From positions 420,001-452,000 of the forward strand of contig NC_010655.1 in NCBI RefSeq assembly GCF_000020225.1: 32,000 nucleotides of DNA, read 5' to 3'. The translations under genes were made by a program, and so were the position numbers. Under the pieces are notes generated by a model. It did not search any database. It was not told where the DNA came from and saw only the letters and a list, made by a program, of their open reading frames with translations. Source of the stretch: Akkermansia muciniphila ATCC BAA-835. GTDB lineage: Bacteria; Verrucomicrobiota; Verrucomicrobiia; Verrucomicrobiales; Akkermansiaceae. Below are positions 7,932 through 15,593 of the stretch, piece after piece (the stretch's first letter is position 1; every line of letters starts with the position of its first letter).

Positions 7932-8354
7932 ATGGATATTTTAGTTTCTACTCTTTGTGACTTCGCCGCCGACTACCAGGGCAAGCTCTGCATCCAGGGC
8001 GGCTTTGACTCCCTGGTCGCCCGCCAGTTCCCGGTCGTGCATCCCGTCTGCGCCGTTGCTCTGCGCATCTGCCTCACTCCTGAAGACGAAGGCACGCACG
8101 AACTGGGCCTGAGCATCGTTGATGCCGACGGCACGCCGCTGGACAAGGAACGCATGCCCATCAAGATCAATTTCCCGGTTCCCGCTTTCCCGGAAGGAGC
8201 CTCTTTCTTCACCCGCAACCTGATCATGAACTTCCAGGGCCTGCGTTTTGAAAAACCGGGCAACTACTCCATCGACCTGACGGTTGACGGCGAACTCGCC
8301 TCCCGCGTACCCTTCCGCGTAGTGCAGGTGCAGGAAGAAGCCGCCCAGGCCTAA
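7932..8354 (+). CDS. hypothetical 140-aa cytoplasmic protein
   Basis: ATG 7932 (MDILVSTLCDFAADYQGKLCIQGGFDS...). The composition looks coding, a strong terminator follows, and no signal peptide is present. The track start 7818 would fall inside the promoter region. No family recognised with confidence. Confidence 0.7.
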   Translation: MDILVSTLCDFAADYQGKLCIQGGFDSLVARQFPVVHPVCAVALRICLTPEDEGTHELGLSIVDADGTPLDKERMPIKINFPVPAFPEGASFFTRNLIMNFQGLRFEKPGNYSIDLTVDGELASRVPFRVVQVQEEAAQA

Positions 8355-8375
8355 GAAACCATCCCCTCTTCCATC

Positions 8376-8411
8376 AAACCGCCTCCCGTTCATCCGGCAG
8401 GCGGTTTTTTA
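8376..8411 (+). terminator. rho-independent terminator
   Basis: AAACCGCCT (8376-8384) / AGGCGGTTT (8399-8407) forms a 9-bp stem. A T-run extends to 8410. It starts 22 nt after the stop at 8354. Confidence 0.75.
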
Positions 8412-8589
8412 TTGGAGCGGCCGTCCGCCCGGAAGTGCGGAACAGGCCGGCCCCGGTTCCATGCACCTGAAAACCTCTGCGCCTGGCCCCGGCCTAAAAA
8501 AGGGAGACCGGCTTTTTGCGTCCTCCTTCCCCCTTTTTCATTGCGGTTCCGCACCGGATTGACCATGATACGGGCTGCTCCAACCCGCC

Positions 8590-9435
8590 ATGCACACCGC
8601 ACGCCTCCAATACGACAGGATTATCATTACGGGCGCATCATCCGGCTTCGGGGAAGCGTTTGCCGGAACGCTGGCCCCCCATACGGCGGAATTGGTGCTC
8701 ATCGCCCGGAATGAAGCCGCCCTGCGCCAGCTTGCCGCCGCCCTGGAAAAACACCATTCAGGCCTTCATGCCTCCGTCCTTCCCTGCGACCTGGCGGACG
8801 AAGCCTCCCTGAATATGCTCATTTCCCGCCTGGACAGCCTTCCTCCGGGAAGAACCCTTCTGATTAACAACGCCGGTGCCGGTGATTACGGAGATTTCTC
8901 GGACGGCCGCTGGGAAAAAATTCGTTTTCTACTGCGCCTGAACGTGGAAAGCCTCACCCGCCTGTGCCATGCGCTGGTCCCCTCCATGAAGAGGAACGGA
9001 GGAGATATCATCAACCTCAGCTCCCTGGGAGCCCTCCTGCCCATTCCGGATTTTGCCGTTTATGCGGCCACCAAGGCTTATGTTTCCAGCCTGTCGGAAG
9101 CGCTGCGGCTGGAACTGCGCGAACACGGCATACGCGTGCTGGTCGTCTGCCCGGGCCCGGTTTCCACGGGTTTCGGAAAAGCGGCGCGCCGCCCCGGCTT
9201 TACCGGAAACATGATGCCGGGGCGCAACGCTTTTGACACGTCCGTTGAAACCGTCGTGAAAGACAGCCTCCGTGCCCTGGCCCGCGGACGCGCCCGGGTC
9301 TTTCCCGGCATGAAAATACGACTGGCCGCCATACTGCTGGCCGCCGCCCCTCTGGGGCTGATACGCCTTTTCATGGGCAGGCGCCCCCGGAAAGTCCTGC
9401 CGGCATCCAATGATTCTCCTTCTTCAGCATCATGA
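8590..9435 (+). CDS. short-chain dehydrogenase/reductase (SDR) with C-terminal hydrophobic tail
   Basis: Rossmann motif TGASSGFG, NNAG, and catalytic YAATKAY (YxxxK). The C-terminal segment is LAAILLAAAPLGLIRLF. Its TGA (9433-9435) overlaps the next ATG (9432-9434). Confidence 0.9.
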   Translation: MHTARLQYDRIIITGASSGFGEAFAGTLAPHTAELVLIARNEAALRQLAAALEKHHSGLHASVLPCDLADEASLNMLISRLDSLPPGRTLLINNAGAGDYGDFSDGRWEKIRFLLRLNVESLTRLCHALVPSMKRNGGDIINLSSLGALLPIPDFAVYAATKAYVSSLSEALRLELREHGIRVLVVCPGPVSTGFGKAARRPGFTGNMMPGRNAFDTSVETVVKDSLRALARGRARVFPGMKIRLAAILLAAAPLGLIRLFMGRRPRKVLPASNDSPSSAS

Positions 9436-11012
9436 AAGCGCACCGCCGCAGAATACCCCGCCTCACCTGGTTCAAGCTCGCAGTCTGCATCTGCCTGGCA
9501 GCCATGGCAGCCTCCCTGTTCACGCCGTACCCCGCCCAGATCATACGCGCCCTGAAAGGGGCGCCGGAACAGGCACCGCCGGATTCCGGAACCTGTCCGC
9601 CCCAGAAATCCCCCCCCGCGGAACAACCCGGGCAGGAAGAACAGCCAATAACCGCTGCACCATCCGCCTCCGGAAAGGAACCCGGGGATGAACGGCTGTA
9701 CACTCCATGGACGCCGGAGCGCACAATCGCCCTCCCCCCGGTGCAGTACCCCCCATTTCCCCCCGTGCTTCCCACAAGGCCTGCGGAAGGGGCCATGACC
9801 CATATTTATGAACTGGCCCGCGGACTGAACCTGAAAACGCAGGTTAATTTCCAGCCCGGCACCCTGGCCTCCAGGGACAGGGAAACCAAAAGCAATTACC
9901 AGATGACCCTTTCCCTGAACGTCAAACAGCCCAAAGCATTGACGAAAAAGGAAGATATGCTGAAGCTCAATCCGAAACTGGAACCCATGCTTCCCGGCCT
10001 GTCCACCCTGTTCAGGCATGCGCGCGTCTCCCCTTACTACGGGCAGATTTACGTCCGCAAACAGACGGAAATCCGTAAAAACCTGGCCTCCCTGCTCAAA
10101 CTTCTGGACCGCCATAATTATTACGATACGGAGACGATTCTGGAAACCACCTATCCGGACACGGGAAGGAAGCTTCTCTGGCTGCAAAGTGAAATGGATG
10201 TTGTTTCCGACGGCTCGGACGGGGACCGGCTGGCCGCCATGCCGGATAAAATCCTGAAAAGCTCCTTCTATCAGCCCAGCACTTCCTACCGCTGGAAAAA
10301 GCGCACAGACAAGCCCAATCCCCTGCTCAAACCCTGGCAGCAGAGGCTGGCTTCCTACAAGAAGACGCTGGAAAAAGCCCCCGCCGCGGAAAAAACGGCT
10401 CTGCGCCGCAAAATAGACCATGCGGAACGGGTCATTGAGGAACTGAAGCGGTACAGCTTCCTGATCTCAGAATACGATCCGTTCATCGTGGTTCCGCTGG
10501 GAGTCGTCAACCAGTCCACTCCCTTCTCCCCGCAGTTCGGGGACTATGCCGTCGTCATCGTGGGAGACAAGTTGTACCCGGCCCTGGTGGGAGACGCCGG
10601 GCCGCGCTACAAAACCGGGGAGGGTTCCCTGCGCCTGAGCCGTGAAATCAACCCCAAGGCGGGCCCTTACAGCCGCCCCGTCTCCGACCTGAAGGTAAGT
10701 TACCTGATTTTCCCCGGTTCCGCAGAGCCCGAGGCCGGGCCTCTCGACTATGAAAAAATTACGGACAGATGCCGGGAACTTCTCAACGAAATAGGCGGCG
10801 TGGGGAAAGGATTCAACCTCCACCAGTGGGAAGACCTGCTGGCGCCCAAGCCACCGCCCGCCCCAAAACCGGAAAGCGGCGGCACAGCGGAAACACCTGC
10901 AGATAAGCGGAAAAAGGAGGAAGCTCCCGGAAACAAGCCTGCCCCTGCCCCGGCTCCGCCGGCTTCCCCGCAAACTGCTCCGGCTTCATCAGCCGCAAAA
11001 AGCGCCGCATAA
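9432..11012 (+). CDS. membrane-anchored Pro-rich protein with GH75 (chitosanase)-like core
   Basis: N-terminal anchor FKLAVCICLAAMAASLF, with Pro-rich linkers at both ends. The core carries SEMDVVSDGSDGD and DPFIVVP...GDYAVVIVGDKLYPALVGDAGPRYKTGEGSLRLS (nt 10539-10640). These resemble the GH75 motifs MDIDCDG and PYVVF...GIWGDTNG....GEAS as I recall them. The CDS call is firm; the family assignment is tentative. Confidence 0.75.
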   Translation: MKAHRRRIPRLTWFKLAVCICLAAMAASLFTPYPAQIIRALKGAPEQAPPDSGTCPPQKSPPAEQPGQEEQPITAAPSASGKEPGDERLYTPWTPERTIALPPVQYPPFPPVLPTRPAEGAMTHIYELARGLNLKTQVNFQPGTLASRDRETKSNYQMTLSLNVKQPKALTKKEDMLKLNPKLEPMLPGLSTLFRHARVSPYYGQIYVRKQTEIRKNLASLLKLLDRHNYYDTETILETTYPDTGRKLLWLQSEMDVVSDGSDGDRLAAMPDKILKSSFYQPSTSYRWKKRTDKPNPLLKPWQQRLASYKKTLEKAPAAEKTALRRKIDHAERVIEELKRYSFLISEYDPFIVVPLGVVNQSTPFSPQFGDYAVVIVGDKLYPALVGDAGPRYKTGEGSLRLSREINPKAGPYSRPVSDLKVSYLIFPGSAEPEAGPLDYEKITDRCRELLNEIGGVGKGFNLHQWEDLLAPKPPPAPKPESGGTAETPADKRKKEEAPGNKPAPAPAPPASPQTAPASSAAKSAA

Positions 11013-11013
11013 G

Positions 11014-11913
11014 CTACAGAGCCTCTTTCCAAGAAAAAAGAAAGGCTTTCCACATCCGTAAATAAACGTCTCCGCGCGCAATCTTCACCTTCCCGGAAGA
11101 CGGATGCCGCCGATCCGCCCGCTGGAGCAGTTCCAGCGTGTCCAGCCCCAGCCAGGCGGGCAGGACGGTGGAAAAACGCAGCCGCCCGTTCCGCAGAGAT
11201 TCCGCGTAAAACACGCCTTCCTTCAGCCAGCGTTCCGCGCGGTCCAGCCATGGACGGTCATCTGGGGCAGGCAAATAGCTTCTTCCGCGGGCGAGGTCTT
11301 CCTCCCGGTCACGCAGGATATTCACCAACTGCAGCCCCATGCCATAGTGCCTGCCCCAGCGCAAAAGCTGCTCCTCCGGCTGCGTGCTGAAGCCCGGCCC
11401 CTGGGCCAGCAAGCCCAGCCTGGTCCAGAATTCCCCTACGCATCCGGCCACCATGTAAGTATAATGTTCCAGCTGTTCCGGGCATGAGACGGCAGCATGG
11501 CTTTCAAAATACATCAAATCCCACGCCTGTCCCTCCACGATGGAGGCCAGCACCTGCCGCACCAGCATCCGTTCATGCGGGGAAAGGTTTTCCAGCAGCG
11601 CCAGGCATTCGGGGAAACGGGCCAGCAATTCCGCCTCCCCCCGGTGCGTCTGGATTGTGGAAAGAACGCCCAGACGGCCAAAACAGGTGGCGGCAACCTC
11701 CCGGGAGGCAGAGCCGGCCACCGTCTCCCCCATCATCCTCAAAAGCGCCAGGCGCTCCCGGCAATCCATGTCCACGGCATCCGCCACCGTATCCGTGGCA
11801 CGCGCCAGCAGATAGCCCACGGCCACGCCGGGGCGCATTTCCCGGGGCAGGAAGCGCATGCTCAGATAAAAGGACCGGGAGACGGCCGATAAAAGATGGT
11901 CAAGGCCTTTCAT
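11014..11913 (-). CDS. squalene/phytoene synthase family protein (HpnC/HpnD-like)
   Basis: [12 protein letters not shown]...[10 protein letters not shown] (first DxxxD-type motif) and [18 protein letters not shown] (second Asp-rich motif). 299 aa. ATG 11913-11911 overlaps the TGA of the upstream regulator. Confidence 0.85.
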   Translation of the reverse strand: MKGLDHLLSAVSRSFYLSMRFLPREMRPGVAVGYLLARATDTVADAVDMDCRERLALLRMMGETVAGSASREVAATCFGRLGVLSTIQTHRGEAELLARFPECLALLENLSPHERMLVRQVLASIVEGQAWDLMYFESHAAVSCPEQLEHYTYMVAGCVGEFWTRLGLLAQGPGFSTQPEEQLLRWGRHYGMGLQLVNILRDREEDLARGRSYLPAPDDRPWLDRAERWLKEGVFYAESLRNGRLRFSTVLPAWLGLDTLELLQRADRRHPSSGKVKIARGDVYLRMWKAFLFSWKEAL

Positions 11914-13436
11914 GATTTCTGCAGGCCCAGCCTGTGCATCTTATAATGGAGTACCCGCGGGGAAATGCCCAGTTCCCGGGCCGCGGCGGACATATTGCCC
12001 GGAGAACGTTTCAATGCGGCTACAATCAATTCCCGTTCAAAGGAATCTACCATGGTCGGCAAATCGGCGGGAGCCTCCCCGTCACGGGAATAAGGGACGT
12101 CATGGCTGGGCATCTGGAGGGAGGCGGGAAGGTTGTAACCGTAAATGCAGTCGTCCTGCGCCGTAATGACGGCACGTTCCATGCAGTTTTCCAGCTCCCG
12201 GACGTTGCCGGGCCAGTGGTAAGCCATGAGCATGTTGATGGCGGGGGTGGACAGCCGTTTGATATCCTTTCCGTATTTCAGGTTGAACTTGGAAAGAAAA
12301 TGTTCCGCCAGCAGCATGACGTCCCCCTTGCGTTTGGAGAGGTCCGGCATAACGATGGGGAAAATGTTCAACCGGTAGTACAAGTCTTCCCGGAACTTGC
12401 TCGCCGCCATCAGTTCCTCCAGATTGCGGCTGGTGGCGGCGATGAAGCGCACGTCTGCATGAAGCTCCCTGTTGCTTCCCACGCGGGAAAAGGTCTTTTC
12501 CTGAAGAAAGCGCAGCAGCTTCACCTGCATCTGGAGGCTTAAATCCCCGATTTCATCCAGAAACAGGGTGCCGCCGTCCGCCGCCTCCGCCCGGCCGATG
12601 CGGCGGCTGGTGGCCCCGGTAAAAGAACCCTTTTCATGACCAAACAGCTCGCTTTCCAGCAGGTTCTCCGGCATAGCCGCACAATTCAGCGTGACCAGCG
12701 GCTTATCCTTTCTGCCGCTCAGATTCACCACGGCGCGCGCCACCAGTTCCTTCCCCGTCCCGGAACTTCCCCGTATCAGCACCGTGGCATCGCTGGGCGC
12801 CACCTGGCGGATCTGTTCATACACCTGGAGCATAGTGCTGCAATTGCCGATCAATTCGCCCGGATTAGTCGTCAAAAGCTCCCGCAGTTTTTCATTTTCC
12901 GCGACCAGGGCGGCACGTTCCTCATGCGCCTGGAGGCTGGCAGCCAGAGCATCCCCAACAATATTGCCTACAATCTCCAGCAGTTTCTGATCCCGTTCCA
13001 GGTCGGTGTCCCGGTCCACGGCACGGTCAATGCTCAACGTGCCGATGACCTGCTGCAAATGAATGATGGGAACGCAGATGAAGGCTACTTTTTCACCGCT
13101 TTTGCGCGTGCGGGTACGGTTCAGGAACCTGGAATCCCGGGAAATATCCTCAATCACATGGGGCCTGCCCGTTTCCGCCACATGCCCCGTAATGCCTTCC
13201 CCCACATGGTAATGGCCGCGTTTCATTTCCTGCTCGTCCAGGCCGTGGGAAGCTTCAATCATCAAATCGTTCCCGCGGCGGATGGTGAACGTGCCGCGCA
13301 GCATTTTCATGCGGCGGTAAAGCACGTCCAGAATATGCCGGAGCAAAGCCGTGCCGTTGCGTTCATTGACAATGGCGGAGCTGATTTCTTTCAGCACGAC
13401 CATCTCCAAATCCGGTGACCTGTTTATTTCATTCAT
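11910..13436 (-). CDS. sigma-54-dependent transcriptional activator (GAF + AAA+ + Fis-type HTH)
   Basis: N-terminal GAF-like domain, Walker A GSSGTGKE, the sigma-54 contact motif [15 protein letters not shown], and a C-terminal [24 protein letters not shown]. The track start 13484 is a TTG. The first ATG is 13436 (MNEINRS..., 508 aa). Confidence 0.9.
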   Translation of the reverse strand: MNEINRSPDLEMVVLKEISSAIVNERNGTALLRHILDVLYRRMKMLRGTFTIRRGNDLMIEASHGLDEQEMKRGHYHVGEGITGHVAETGRPHVIEDISRDSRFLNRTRTRKSGEKVAFICVPIIHLQQVIGTLSIDRAVDRDTDLERDQKLLEIVGNIVGDALAASLQAHEERAALVAENEKLRELLTTNPGELIGNCSTMLQVYEQIRQVAPSDATVLIRGSSGTGKELVARAVVNLSGRKDKPLVTLNCAAMPENLLESELFGHEKGSFTGATSRRIGRAEAADGGTLFLDEIGDLSLQMQVKLLRFLQEKTFSRVGSNRELHADVRFIAATSRNLEELMAASKFREDLYYRLNIFPIVMPDLSKRKGDVMLLAEHFLSKFNLKYGKDIKRLSTPAINMLMAYHWPGNVRELENCMERAVITAQDDCIYGYNLPASLQMPSHDVPYSRDGEAPADLPTMVDSFERELIVAALKRSPGNMSAAARELGISPRVLHYKMHRLGLQKS

Positions 13437-13635
13437 GCAATCCGGGGCTGGGCGAATATTAACCGCACGCCCCCGCCATACCAACTACTTTTTCTTCCAC
13501 CACCATGCAGCCGGGCAAAAAAAAACGGCACGGGGAATATGGATAACATCCCAGCAATTAATGTTGATGATATTACGAACGGGGAACAAAAGATTTTTAC
13601 AAAAATGTAATATACATCCCTTGTTTCGTTCCGTT

Positions 13636-15423
13636 TTACATGCCCACGTCTCCGCCGGACTCCCGTTTCATCATCTCCGTGATAACCTGGAACAACGCGT
13701 TGCGGTACAGCACGCCGTCTAGCCGACCGGTATTCTTCCAGACCACGGGAAAGGCGGGCAGATGGGTTTGTTCAAACAGCTTCAAGGCATCCGTCAGATG
13801 GGTGCCGGCGTCCAGCACGGGAGCCCCCGTACGAACCAAGGACCCGGCATCGGCCGGAACCGCCCCCTTCCGCTCCTCCATCTGCCGGCGGACCGCCAGA
13901 AAGTCCTCCGGATAGATGGCCCCTTCATAAATTCCATCCTTATTCACCACAAAAACCAGATCTCCGGGATTCCGCAGCATCAGGGAGGAGACATCATCCA
14001 GGGAAGCATCCGGGGCCACCTGGGGCACCACGTGCCGCGCCAGGTCATGCACATGGACTTGCGCCATGGGCAGGTTGACGACGGACGCCGGACTGCCGGC
14101 CAGGCTGGCGGCATACATGGAACGCGCGCGAATCAGTTTTCCCGTGCCATAAGCGCTTACGACACCGATCAGCAAGGGATAAATCATCTGTCCGCTCATG
14201 GAAAACTCCACCACCATCACCAGGGCCGTCAGGGGGGCCTGGGCAGCTACGGCGAAAAAGGACGCCATCCCCACCATCGCATATGCCACCGTATGGTTGC
14301 CCTCCATTCCCAGGGACGTCAGAACCGTACTGAAGATAAAACCCACCATGCTCCCCACGTACAGGGTGGGCGTCATGGCTCCGCCCACCGTACCGCAGCC
14401 GAACACCACCGCCACGGCAGACACCTTCACCAGAAGCAGGACGAGCGCCTCCCGCGTGCCGTAATCCTCATGGACCAGCCCGGTAATGAGAGCCTGACCG
14501 TTGCCCACCACTTCCGGATAAAAAACGGCCAGAATCCCCACGACCAGCCCGGCGGCCGCCAAACGCAGCGGCAGAAGGGACTGGCGGCCATTCAAATATC
14601 TGGCGGCCGCATCCAGCAAACTGACCCATCCCCTGGCCGCCACGGCCGCCGCCGCCCCCAGGGCGATGCACCAGAGAGACTGGGAAAAGACAGTAAAGCT
14701 TTCAAACGGGGAACTGTACAAAGGGGAGGGATCCCCCAGCAGATGCAGCATCACGAACCCGGTACAGGAGGCAATGAGCAGGGGGGCCAGAATATCCATG
14801 CTCACGGTACCGATGATGATTTCACTCACGAACAGGCAGCCGGAAAAAGGGGCATGAAACGCCGTCGTGAACCCGGCTGCCGCTCCGCAGCCGACCAGCA
14901 GACGGAGCCGCGGAATGGATACGTGCAGACGCTGCCCCACGGTAGACGCAATCAGGGCGGAAGACTGGATGATAGGCCCTTCCTTGCCGATGGCCGCGCC
15001 GGAAGCGATGCTCCATGCCGCGGAAAAAACTTTCAGGGCGGAGGCCCGGAACTTGATCAGCCCGTTCCCGATGGACATGGCCTCCATGTATTCCATAGCC
15101 TGCCCCGGCATCCTTTTCTTCAGGAACAGCAGAATGCAGCCGGCCACCAGGCCGCCCGCCACCGGAATAAACATGCGCCATTCCGGCTCCACCAGGGAAA
15201 AGGTTCCTACGCGGGAATCCGACCAGATGCCGGTGAGCATCCACTGGATCACTTCCACCATCCACTCGAAAAACAGAGACATGCAGGAGCCCACCATGCC
15301 GACGAGAACGGCCCATACATAAGTAACCTGCCTTTCCCCCACCTTCCAATGATGGAACAGTTTTAAAATCCATCCGTACCAGACGGAATCCGGCGGCTGG
15401 GACTGGGGGAGTGGAGAATTCAT
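13636..15423 (-). CDS. ClC-family anion channel/antiporter homologue with C-terminal CBS pair
   Basis: GKEGP (nt 14988-14974, checked), the helix-N-terminus motif GGAMTP, many TM helices, and a ~130-aa C-terminal CBS-like region. The track start 15456 is a TTG. The first ATG is 15423 (MNSPLPQ..., 595 aa). Confidence 0.9.
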   Translation of the reverse strand: MNSPLPQSQPPDSVWYGWILKLFHHWKVGERQVTYVWAVLVGMVGSCMSLFFEWMVEVIQWMLTGIWSDSRVGTFSLVEPEWRMFIPVAGGLVAGCILLFLKKRMPGQAMEYMEAMSIGNGLIKFRASALKVFSAAWSIASGAAIGKEGPIIQSSALIASTVGQRLHVSIPRLRLLVGCGAAAGFTTAFHAPFSGCLFVSEIIIGTVSMDILAPLLIASCTGFVMLHLLGDPSPLYSSPFESFTVFSQSLWCIALGAAAAVAARGWVSLLDAAARYLNGRQSLLPLRLAAAGLVVGILAVFYPEVVGNGQALITGLVHEDYGTREALVLLLVKVSAVAVVFGCGTVGGAMTPTLYVGSMVGFIFSTVLTSLGMEGNHTVAYAMVGMASFFAVAAQAPLTALVMVVEFSMSGQMIYPLLIGVVSAYGTGKLIRARSMYAASLAGSPASVVNLPMAQVHVHDLARHVVPQVAPDASLDDVSSLMLRNPGDLVFVVNKDGIYEGAIYPEDFLAVRRQMEERKGAVPADAGSLVRTGAPVLDAGTHLTDALKLFEQTHLPAFPVVWKNTGRLDGVLYRNALFQVITEMMKRESGGDVGM

Positions 15424-15505
15424 AGAAAAGAAGGCAATACTATTCCATTGTGACAAAAAAATACCTCCGGCTGTTCGATACGGAAGAAAAAACTGCCCAG
15501 CCCCA

Positions 15506-15521
15506 TGCCCCTCCGGAGCCA
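15506..15521 (-). promoter_or_regulatory. weak sigma-54 (-24/-12)-like element upstream of the ClC gene
   Basis: Minus strand reads TGGCTCCGGAGGGGCA, which has GG-N10-GC spacing, TGGC at -24 and GCA at -12. It lies about 85 nt upstream of ATG 15423. Matches to the full TGGCAC-N5-TTGCW consensus are partial. Confidence 0.2.
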
Positions 15522-15593
15522 GAGAAGATTTTCAACGGATACGCAGACGGCTCTTACGGCCCCCCCTTCGGGGCCTGGCCCCCGCGCCGGTAG

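Noticed and set aside
9078-10421. 447-aa minus-strand ORF spanning the SDR/GH75-like junction.
   Set aside because: It crosses a gene boundary on the other strand, is Gly/Arg/Pro-rich and has no recognisable domain. The plus-strand genes have clear motifs and an ATGA coupling.
13762-15366. 534-aa plus-strand ORF inside the ClC gene. Similar long antisense ORFs occur at 12636-13418, 15648-16406, 17323-18609, 20298-21278, 23819-24700 and 26031-28142.
   Set aside because: All are antisense to genes with strong family signatures (ClC, AAA+ activator, beta-barrel, GH20, propeller, GAD, DnaE). Their His/Gly/Arg/Pro-rich composition is typical of shadow frames.
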